A stretch of 18,089 nt of DNA from Acaryochloridaceae cyanobacterium VAR_48_metabat_390 (GTDB lineage: Bacteria; Cyanobacteriota; Cyanobacteriia; Thermosynechococcales; Thermosynechococcaceae): positions 1 through 18,089 of the forward strand of contig JANPLU010000088.1 in the NCBI GenBank assembly GCA_031422435.1, given 5' to 3'. Shown one piece after another: positions 7,969 through 18,089 of the stretch; position 1 is the stretch's first letter; each line of letters starts with the position of its first letter. The notes under the pieces were generated by a model. The model was given only the letters and a program-made list of their open reading frames with translations, was not told where the DNA came from and did no database searches. The position numbers and the translations under genes were made by a program.

Positions 7969-8094
7969 TGAAGTCTACTGGCTTAAGAGTACAAACGCTG
8001 TAGTTAGCTTAAGGCACATGACCGTCTGTCACTCATGCAATACAGACGTTAACGTTACAATCATTAAGGATTTCTTCAAGATGATTGAATCGCT

Positions 8095-11112
<3,018 letters not shown>

Positions 11113-11268
11113 ACGATGACTCAAAATTTTAGAACTTAAGGTAATCCACTCATTGGTATGTATGCAGCTCAACGCGTGGGGATTCTAAGAGGGGCTATAA
11201 CCAACGATGAACTTAAAAATTAGCTGTTGTATGCTTAAATTCCCTCAAAGAGTGGAATTTAGACTTTT

Positions 11269-12429
11269 ATGCAAGAACGGGCGGCCTGGTTAGCTTGGGC
11301 ACAAATTTCTGGAATTGGCCCTGTTTTTCTACAGCGACTGCAAGAGCGATTTGGGAGCTTAGCAAAGGCATGGACTGCACCCCTAGATGAACTGGGAACC
11401 GTGAGCGGCACTGGGCCAATTGTGCTGAAGGCGATCGCCACCCAACGCCCCCAACTTGCCCCCGAGGTCTTTCTTGCCACCCATCTGCAAACCAACCCCA
11501 CCTTCTGGACTCCGGCAGACGCAGACTATCCGCGTCTACTCAAAGAAATTCCTGATCCGCCTGCGGTACTGTATTACCGAGGGAATCCTGCCTTACTGGA
11601 CGCTCAAGGTCATAACCCTGTCGTGGGCATCGTCGGTACCCGCGACCCTTCCGATTATGCGCAGCGCTGGACGCGCAAACTGGCGATTGTGCTGGCTAAG
11701 AACGAGATCACGGTTATTTCTGGCATGGCAGAAGGTGTTGATACCCAAGCGCACTTGGGCTGTCTAGAAGCAAACGGACAAACAATTGCTGTTTTAGGGA
11801 CAGGCACTGATATTGCCTACCCACCCCGCAATCAAGGGCTACATCAACAAATTCTGGCGCGAGGGTTAGTGATCAGTGAGTATCCTGCCGGAACCCAGCC
11901 CAATCGCTCCCACTTTCCCCGCCGCAACCGCATCATCGCGGCACTCAGTCGCGCCACCTTGGTCATGGAAGCACCCCAGAGATCGGGCGCGCTGATTACG
12001 GCCTACATGGCGAATGATTACGGTCGAGATGTATATGTGCTGCCTGGAACGTTAGATAATCCTCGTGCCGCAGGCTGTTTGGGACTAATGACCCGAGGCG
12101 CTCAGTTGATTTTAGGCGAAGGGCATCTCCTCGAACTATTGGGGAGAATCCCAAGGCTTGATCTCATCGTGACCCAACGGTCTGCGCCCTCCACAGCAGC
12201 CTCTGCAACGCTCCAGGTCACAGTACCGACACTCAGTGCCGATCTCCAAAAAGTTTGGACTTTGGTGCAGTCACTTTATGAAAGGTCAGGCCAAACCGCG
12301 CTGTCCTTTGATCGATTGGTAGCAGATTCGGCTCAACCTGCGAATGAGGTTTCAAGCGCACTGCTTCAGCTTGAGCTACTGGGTTTGGTGACGCAGTTGC
12401 CAGGGATGCGCTACGCGGTGGCGATGTAG
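11269..12429 (+). CDS. dprA: DNA-processing protein DprA (Smf)
   Basis: YPRLLKEIPDPP, GIVGTR, ISGMAEGVDTQAH, AVLGTG, SEYP, FPRRNRIIAALS, SGALITA and the C-terminal winged-helix LLQLELLGLV. Confidence 0.96.
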   Translation: MQERAAWLAWAQISGIGPVFLQRLQERFGSLAKAWTAPLDELGTVSGTGPIVLKAIATQRPQLAPEVFLATHLQTNPTFWTPADADYPRLLKEIPDPPAVLYYRGNPALLDAQGHNPVVGIVGTRDPSDYAQRWTRKLAIVLAKNEITVISGMAEGVDTQAHLGCLEANGQTIAVLGTGTDIAYPPRNQGLHQQILARGLVISEYPAGTQPNRSHFPRRNRIIAALSRATLVMEAPQRSGALITAYMANDYGRDVYVLPGTLDNPRAAGCLGLMTRGAQLILGEGHLLELLGRIPRLDLIVTQRSAPSTAASATLQVTVPTLSADLQKVWTLVQSLYERSGQTALSFDRLVADSAQPANEVSSALLQLELLGLVTQLPGMRYAVAM

Positions 12430-12440
12430 TTTTTTAGAAC

Positions 12441-13082
12441 TTAATACTTATCAGGTAAAGGCGATCGCACCATTAGATAAAGACATGGCCCCACGAGCGG
12501 CACAATGGGCGCAAAGCGCAGCAGATTTGCCGGATCCATACCGCGACGCGCCATATCGTCTGGCACAAGGGTGGGGAACAATACGCTCAGCATCAAAAAG
12601 TCTAGGCTCATAACGTGAATAAAACGGCTGGTGTACCATTGCCGCACAAAGTCAGACCAGTTGCCTTGGGTAAAGCCAAACCATAGGCAGAGTGCCGAGC
12701 CGAGCAGGGCGATCGCCCCAATCCAGCGAGAGTCCCAAATCCGCAATCCCCAGGTTTTGATGCCAGACCAGTCGGTGTGAGGGCTTCTGAGAGCAAGGTA
12801 CGGCAAAATTGAAAATGCGCCGACTGCCATTGATGCAATTGCAAAAGGCCAAGCGCGGAGGGGCTGACGATCGCCATCCGCAAACATCACCCCAAAGTAC
12901 AGCAGAGGCCAAATGCCCATGACGTTAAATAGCGCAATTACCCACGCATTAATGCCAGCCCACTGACCCGTCGAGAGATTTTGAATGAGTGTAAACGTCT
13001 CAGGGCGATCGGGTGGTGCGAATAAGAAGGCATAGCTTATAAAGCCCAGCCACAGCAAGCCCAGAAAAATTTTAGAAACCAT
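12441..13082 (-). CDS. Conserved integral membrane protein (DUF2834-like)
   Basis: About six hydrophobic helices; ALFNVMGIWP, GAFSILPYLALR, SRFIHVMSLDF and DDMARRG motifs recalled from a cyanobacterial/plant family. Confidence 0.75.
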   Translation of the reverse strand: MVSKIFLGLLWLGFISYAFLFAPPDRPETFTLIQNLSTGQWAGINAWVIALFNVMGIWPLLYFGVMFADGDRQPLRAWPFAIASMAVGAFSILPYLALRSPHTDWSGIKTWGLRIWDSRWIGAIALLGSALCLWFGFTQGNWSDFVRQWYTSRFIHVMSLDFLMLSVLFPTLVPDDMARRGMDPANLLRFAPIVPLVGPCLYLMVRSPLPDKY

Positions 13083-13158
13083 GCCAGAAACTCCGCTTTA
13101 ATAACAGGGGCTATACTGTTCTATCAGTAAAGCGTTGAAGCCGAAGGGTAGCAATATC

Positions 13159-13506
13159 ATGATTCCTGGCGAAATTTTGGTAGAAGATGGCGAAATTGAG
13201 CTAAATGCAGGCCGTCCTACGGTACAGATGCAGGTGGCAAATACGGGTGATCGCCCCATTCAAATCGGCTCCCACTTCCATTTCTTTGAAGTAAACGCCG
13301 CCCTCACCTTTGACCGAGCGGCGGCGCGTGGGATGCGCCTAGATATCCCAGCAGGCACTGCGGTTCGATTTGAACCAGGGGATGAAAAGTCGATTACGCT
13401 GGTGGCCTATGCTGGCACCCGTGAAGTCTATGGCTTTAATGGTCAAATTGAAGGCAAGCTAGAGCAAAAGGCGAAAGTAGACGGCAAACAGAAAAAGAAA
13501 AAGTAA
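13159..13506 (+). CDS. ureB: Urease subunit beta
   Basis: MIPGE start, [37 protein letters not shown] and VYGFNG. ATG at 13159 preferred over the TTG at 13135. Confidence 0.97.
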   Translation: MIPGEILVEDGEIELNAGRPTVQMQVANTGDRPIQIGSHFHFFEVNAALTFDRAAARGMRLDIPAGTAVRFEPGDEKSITLVAYAGTREVYGFNGQIEGKLEQKAKVDGKQKKKK

Positions 13507-13597
13507 ACAATATTGGGCTGAGTCCCCCTATTTTAGCTGTTGCAAAACGCTAAAATTACGAGTACCAATTCCCCGATGGGAGAGCATTTCCGCCACG

Positions 13598-15547
13598 ATG
13601 ACATCCTCTCCACCCACCCATAAAATGCTTCCCCCAGGGCCAGTTCAGCCCCAAACCTTAAGCGATCGCCTCACCAGCCTCCTGAATCGTCTACAAATTT
13701 CCTCGGAGTCGCTGATTCTGTTTGCGGCTTTTTTGATTGGGGGCACGACGGGGTTGGCGATCGCCTTTTTCCGCTTCCTTACTCGCAGCATCGAACACCT
13801 CACGTTTGAATCCCTGATGGGGGTTCTTTCGCCCCTTGGACCTTGGACCCTGGCGCTGATTCCGGCAGTGGGCGGTCTGCTGGTGGGAGTGCTGCGCTGG
13901 TGGCTACCACAGTTCTTTGGTCAGGGCTGGAGTTCTTTACTCAGCGACAGTCGTGACCAGCCCATTTCGCCGCTGCGTCCGGTGCTAAAGCTGCTGGGCG
14001 CTGCGCTCTCCTTAGGTACAGGCGCTTCTCTAGGGCCAGAAGGCCCCAGTGTAGAAATTGGCGCAAACGTTGGGGTTTTGCTAGGCCAAAGCTTCCAGGT
14101 TGCCAAAGAGCGCTACAGGCTTTTGCTCGGCGCAGGGGCAGCGGCAGGGCTAGCCGCAGGGTTTAATGCCCCCATTGCAGGCGTGTTTTTCGCCCTTGAA
14201 GTGGTTCTGGGTCAGGCATTTACTACCCAGGGGGCGAGTCTTATCCTGCTCTCCGCCGTGGTTTCATCTCTCATTGCGCGGGCAGTCTTTGGCGTACAAG
14301 CAGAATTTGACTTGCCCACCTATCAGGTGCTGAGCAACTGGGAATGGCTGTGCTATTTGGGGTTGGGGATACTGGCGAGCGGCGTATCTTTGGCCTACAC
14401 TCAGGCCATTCGCCTCTTTCAGCAGCTTTTCCAGGGTGAAATTTCCGCAGTAGCCTGGGTGGGGCGAATTCCTCCCCTGCTCAAACCTGCTATTGGGGGC
14501 GCAATTGTGGGGCTAGTTGCGCTGGGTGTGCCGCAAATTTTAGGGGTTGGCTACAGCACTTTAGAGGTCATTCTCAAAGGGGGTGCTTTTCCTCTCAGCG
14601 TGCTGCTCATTATGCTGCCCGTGAAGCTGCTGGCAACGGCATTGAGCTTAGGAAGTGGACTGGTCGGCGGTATTTTTGCCCCTGCCATGTTTTTAGGGGC
14701 TTGTCTGGGAGCCATTTATGGACAGATGCTCAATACCTTTTTGCCCCCTGCCATTGCCGAGGTCATTGCTTCCCCTGCTGCCTACGCTATGGTGGGCATG
14801 GCGGCGGTGTTGGGCAGTAGCGCCCGTGCGCCGCTGACGGCAATTTTGCTGCTGTTTGAGCTAACGCGAAACTACGTGATTATTCTGCCGCTGATGGCGG
14901 CGGTCGGCGTGAGCGTCTGGATTGTAGAGCGCATGAATGCAATGCCAGCCGTTCAGGCTTTAGCCCTACCGCAGATGGGAGTTAACGTGCGCCAGACCGA
15001 TGACCGAGATTGGCTTCAGCACATGACGGTTGCAGAAGTGATGGGGACAGGCTACACCGCGCTGGTAGAAACCATGACGGTTGTAGATGCAGGCTGGGCA
15101 ATGGTAAAGGCCAAGTGCTCGACTATCTTGGTTTGGGACACAGCACAACAGCTCACGGGGATTGTTACCTTGGCAGATATCCGGCGACACCTACCCCCAG
15201 CTAGCTCGTTAGCAGACCGTAATTTAGTGCCGCCTCAAACCCTCCAAAATATTTGCACCAAAGAAATTCTGTATGCTTACCCCACCGAATTGGTGAAGCA
15301 CGCTACCGAGCGCATGGTTACGCGAGGGTTGCAGCTACTCCCCGTGGTGAATGCGACTAATCCACGGCAGGTTTTGGGGATCTTAGAGCAGCACCATGTT
15401 AATCTTGCCGCCGATTTTGCCAGTACCCAGGCGGCGCTCAATATCTTTATCCAGGCGGAGATGGTAGAGGATCTGCCGATTAATCTTCAAGAATTGCGTC
15501 TAGAAACCGATTTAGCGCACGTTTCTACTTCAACTAAAGCCCTGTGA
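13598..15547 (+). CDS. ClC-family chloride channel/antiporter with C-terminal CBS pair
   Basis: GASLGPEGP, GAAAGLAAGFNAPIAGVFFALE, GGIFAP, AYAMVGMAA and RAPLTAILLLFELT; CBS motifs MTVAEVM, LTGIVTLADI and LPVV...VLGIL. Confidence 0.93.
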   Translation: MTSSPPTHKMLPPGPVQPQTLSDRLTSLLNRLQISSESLILFAAFLIGGTTGLAIAFFRFLTRSIEHLTFESLMGVLSPLGPWTLALIPAVGGLLVGVLRWWLPQFFGQGWSSLLSDSRDQPISPLRPVLKLLGAALSLGTGASLGPEGPSVEIGANVGVLLGQSFQVAKERYRLLLGAGAAAGLAAGFNAPIAGVFFALEVVLGQAFTTQGASLILLSAVVSSLIARAVFGVQAEFDLPTYQVLSNWEWLCYLGLGILASGVSLAYTQAIRLFQQLFQGEISAVAWVGRIPPLLKPAIGGAIVGLVALGVPQILGVGYSTLEVILKGGAFPLSVLLIMLPVKLLATALSLGSGLVGGIFAPAMFLGACLGAIYGQMLNTFLPPAIAEVIASPAAYAMVGMAAVLGSSARAPLTAILLLFELTRNYVIILPLMAAVGVSVWIVERMNAMPAVQALALPQMGVNVRQTDDRDWLQHMTVAEVMGTGYTALVETMTVVDAGWAMVKAKCSTILVWDTAQQLTGIVTLADIRRHLPPASSLADRNLVPPQTLQNICTKEILYAYPTELVKHATERMVTRGLQLLPVVNATNPRQVLGILEQHHVNLAADFASTQAALNIFIQAEMVEDLPINLQELRLETDLAHVSTSTKAL

Positions 15548-15628
15548 CTTACAGGATCAAGACTTTGTTTACGGTCGGCATCTATAATTAGAGTGAATCT
15601 GCTGTTGTAAGAGAGCGTCTGGCTGCGA

Positions 15629-17254
15629 ATGTCCACTGAACTGCAAGCTGAAATTGCCGAGGCCGTCGCGCATCGCCGCAATTTTGCCATTATTTCTCAT
15701 CCAGATGCGGGTAAAACAACGCTGACCGAAAAATTGCTGCTGTACGGGGGTGCCATTCACGAAGCGGGTGCTGTTAAAGCCCGTCGCGCTCAGCGTCACG
15801 CGACCTCTGACTGGATGGAAATGGAGCAGCAGCGGGGCATTTCGATTACCTCAACAGTGCTGCAATTTGTCTACGGCGATGCCCAGATTAATCTCCTCGA
15901 TACCCCTGGACACCAAGATTTTAGTGAAGATACCTACCGCACCCTTGCTGCGGCAGATAATGCCGTCATGCTCATTGACGCGGCGAAAGGCTTAGAGCCA
16001 CAGACGCGCAAGCTGTTTGAAGTGTGTCAGATGCGGTCTTTGCCCATCTTCACCTTTGTCAATAAGTTAGACCGTCCTGGGCGGGAGCCGATTGAGCTAC
16101 TGGACGAAATTGAGCAGGAGCTGGGGCTGCAAACCTACGCCGTTAACTGGCCGATTGGAACAGGCGATCGCTTTAAGGGCATTTTTAACCGACGTAAGCA
16201 GCAAATTCACCTGTTTGAGCGAAGTCAACACGGCAGAAAAGAAGCCCGTGACATCATTCTTGAGCTGGGCGACCCTAGACTTGAAACGCTGCTAGAACCC
16301 GATCTGTACCATCAGCTTAAAGACGAACTAGAGCTGCTGTCTGGCGCGGGTTCTGAGCTTGACCTAGACCTCGTGCGTCAGGGTAAAATGACCCCCATCT
16401 TTTTTGGCAGCGCCATGACCAACTTTGGGGTGGAGCTATTTTTAGATGCATTTTTAGACTACGCCATGAAGCCTGGTGCCTACAGCAGCACCCTAGGTCT
16501 AATCGAACCTACCTACGAAGACTTTACAGGCTTTGTCTTTAAGCTCCAGGCCAATATGGACTCAAAACACCGCGATCGCGTGGCGTTTGTACGGGTCTGT
16601 ACCGGAAAGTTTGAAAAAGACATGACGGTTCAGCACGCACGCACAGGCAAAACCATTCGCCTATCGCGTCCGCAAAAGCTGTTTGCACAAGGGCGTGAAT
16701 CTATTGAAGAGGCGTATCCTGGAGATGTGATTGGGCTGAATAACCCAGGTATGTTTGCCATTGGCGACACAATTTTTTGCGGCAAGAAGCTGGAGTACGC
16801 AGGCATTCCCTGCTTTTCGCCAGAGCTATTTGCCTATCTCAAAAACCCAAACCCTTCAAAGTTCAAGCAGTTTCTCAAGGGCGTGTCAGAGCTGCAAGAA
16901 GAAGGCGCAATCCAGATTATGTATTCTGTAGATGAATCGAAACGCGAACCAATTTTGGCGGCGGTGGGGCAGCTTCAGTTTGAGGTGATTCAGTTCCGGC
17001 TGCAAAATGAGTATGGCGTTGAAACTCGTCTAGAGCTTTTGCCCTATACGGCAGCACGCTGGGTTACAAACGGCTGGGAAATTTTGGACAAGGTCGGCAG
17101 AATTTTCAATGCTTCTACGGTCAAAGATGGTTGGGGAAGACCTGTCTTACTGTTCCGCAATGAGTGGAATGTGCAGCAGCTTATGACCGACCATCCTAAT
17201 TTAAACCTGAGCCGCATTGCGCCCGTTGTCTCTGGAACAGAGCCTGGAAAATGA
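15629..17254 (+). CDS. prfC: Peptide chain release factor 3
   Basis: [69 protein letters not shown] and AVGQLQFEV. Confidence 0.98.
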   Translation: MSTELQAEIAEAVAHRRNFAIISHPDAGKTTLTEKLLLYGGAIHEAGAVKARRAQRHATSDWMEMEQQRGISITSTVLQFVYGDAQINLLDTPGHQDFSEDTYRTLAAADNAVMLIDAAKGLEPQTRKLFEVCQMRSLPIFTFVNKLDRPGREPIELLDEIEQELGLQTYAVNWPIGTGDRFKGIFNRRKQQIHLFERSQHGRKEARDIILELGDPRLETLLEPDLYHQLKDELELLSGAGSELDLDLVRQGKMTPIFFGSAMTNFGVELFLDAFLDYAMKPGAYSSTLGLIEPTYEDFTGFVFKLQANMDSKHRDRVAFVRVCTGKFEKDMTVQHARTGKTIRLSRPQKLFAQGRESIEEAYPGDVIGLNNPGMFAIGDTIFCGKKLEYAGIPCFSPELFAYLKNPNPSKFKQFLKGVSELQEEGAIQIMYSVDESKREPILAAVGQLQFEVIQFRLQNEYGVETRLELLPYTAARWVTNGWEILDKVGRIFNASTVKDGWGRPVLLFRNEWNVQQLMTDHPNLNLSRIAPVVSGTEPGK

Positions 17255-17255
17255 C

Positions 17256-17306
17256 GATCTTAAGGTGATCTTAAGGCGGCGCAAAACCCAAAATTGCGTT
17301 TACAAT
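17256..17306 (+). promoter_or_regulatory. Candidate pedR promoter: tandem GATCTTAAGG repeat (11-bp period) and -10 box TACAAT
   Basis: GATCTTAAGG at 17256-17265 and 17267-17276; TACAAT at 17301-17306, 35 nt before the ATG. Confidence 0.45.
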
Positions 17307-17341
17307 TAGGCTAATAAGCATTTATACGGAATTTCAAGGGC

Positions 17342-17629
17342 ATGACAAACGGGACTTCTCAAGATAACCACACACTCTCAGAGCGAGAGCTTCAGGTCAT
17401 TGAGCTAGTAGCCTCGGCATTGACCAACCAAGAGATTTCCGAAAAGCTAGAAATTAGCAAACGTACTGTCGATAACCATATCAGCAACATTCTGACCAAA
17501 ACATCTACTGATAATCGCGTTGCCTTAGTGCGCTGGGCGTTGCAGTCAGGCAAAATTTGCCTCAATGATGTGAATTGCTGCACTTTGCCAGAGCTGGGAA
17601 CACCTCAGGAAGCTACGACACGTTCCTAA
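17342..17629 (+). CDS. pedR: Small LuxR-type redox-responsive transcriptional regulator PedR
   Basis: LSERELQVIELVASALTNQEISEKLEISKRTVDNHISNILTKT HTH without a receiver domain; C-terminal cysteine motif GKICLNDVNCC. Confidence 0.88.
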   Translation: MTNGTSQDNHTLSERELQVIELVASALTNQEISEKLEISKRTVDNHISNILTKTSTDNRVALVRWALQSGKICLNDVNCCTLPELGTPQEATTRS

Positions 17630-17643
17630 ATCACACAAAACGG

Positions 17644-17910
17644 ATGCTTTCAGCTACGATTCCCAAAACGCTTGCTTGGCCTAAAATGCCGCTGTCTGTC
17701 TATCGAGAGGTTGCGGCACATTTGCGCCAGGTATCTGGTGTCGAGGTCGAACTGCTGCCCCAAACAGCACAGCAGTTTGACTACACCCTGAGTCAGGTGG
17801 GCGGTCTGCGCATCAATAGAGATGAGATCGTTGGGGCTGAGGATGAGGCCAGAGTGGTAGAGATTTTGAACTACTATCGCGGTCGCTTTGGGGACTGGCA
17901 CGCTCTGTAA
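17644..17910 (+). CDS. Conserved cyanobacterial hypothetical protein downstream of pedR
   Basis: PLSVYREVAAHLRQVSGV...FDYTLSQVGGL...ILNYY motif recalled from cyanobacteria. The ATG at 17644 avoids overlap with pedR (the ORF track starts at a TTG, 17575). Confidence 0.78.
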   Translation: MLSATIPKTLAWPKMPLSVYREVAAHLRQVSGVEVELLPQTAQQFDYTLSQVGGLRINRDEIVGAEDEARVVEILNYYRGRFGDWHAL

Positions 17911-17971
17911 GCCAAGTTTGCTTATCTGGCTGGCGACGTATGATGAAACAAGTCTTCTGCTGAGCCTGTTC

Positions 17972-18089
17972 ATGACCCGCACTTTCTGGATTACGCTTTT
18001 TATTGCCTTTGCCAATTCGCTCAGCTTTACCATTCTCATCCCCATTCTCTATCTCTACGGAAAAGAGTTTGGGCTAACGGATTTTCAGA
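17972..18089 (+). CDS. MFS transporter (TetA/DHA1-like), N-terminal part, runs off the window
   Basis: ATG at 17972 gives MTRTFWITLFIAFANSLSFTILIPILYLYGKEFGLTDFQ, a typical MFS TM1 (S.G/F.I.IP.L..Y...FG). Open to the window end. Confidence 0.8.
   Translation, partial: MTRTFWITLFIAFANSLSFTILIPILYLYGKEFGLTDFQ

Noticed and set aside
7988..8052. Cyanobacterial LexA box (RGTACNNNDGTWCB) upstream of uvrA
   Set aside because: The best candidates, AGTACAAACGCTGT and AATACAGACGTTAA, have 3-4 mismatches.
13571..13611. Fluoride (crcB) riboswitch upstream of the ClC gene, suggested by CGATGG...GATGAC
   Set aside because: The P1 pairing (GGCG...CGCC type around GAUGG) and the P2 hairpin are missing, and the protein lacks the CLC-F GREGT-type motif.
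17650..18045. 131-aa minus-strand ORF and the other short ORFs nested in or antisense to core genes
   Set aside because: They are shadows of well-supported genes and have no motifs of their own.

Overview
Cyanobacterial chromosome segment: 15 HIP1 octamers (GCGATCGC), a cyanobacterial long-type IspH and PedR. From about 4850 to the end it is ordinary core genome: ispH, an orphan family-5 ABC solute-binding lipoprotein, uvrA, dprA, a DUF2834-like membrane protein, a stand-alone ureB, a ClC+CBS transporter, prfC, pedR with a conserved small partner ORF, and the start of an MFS transporter. The left ~4.8 kb is accessory and has no intact HIP1 site. It holds (i) an AT-rich two-gene operon, AAA_21/ABC-type ATPase plus RloB-like TOPRIM-motif protein (RloA/RloB, AbiL-like), the best candidate for an anti-phage system, bracketed by two related palindromes in direct orientation; (ii) gene debris, including an SDR pseudogene whose frameshift falls in a broken HIP1 site; and (iii) an orphan NarL-type receiver fused to a helical/TPR-like domain instead of an HTH, followed by a tail-anchored coiled-coil protein. 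All family calls come from motif recognition by eye; no database search was run.
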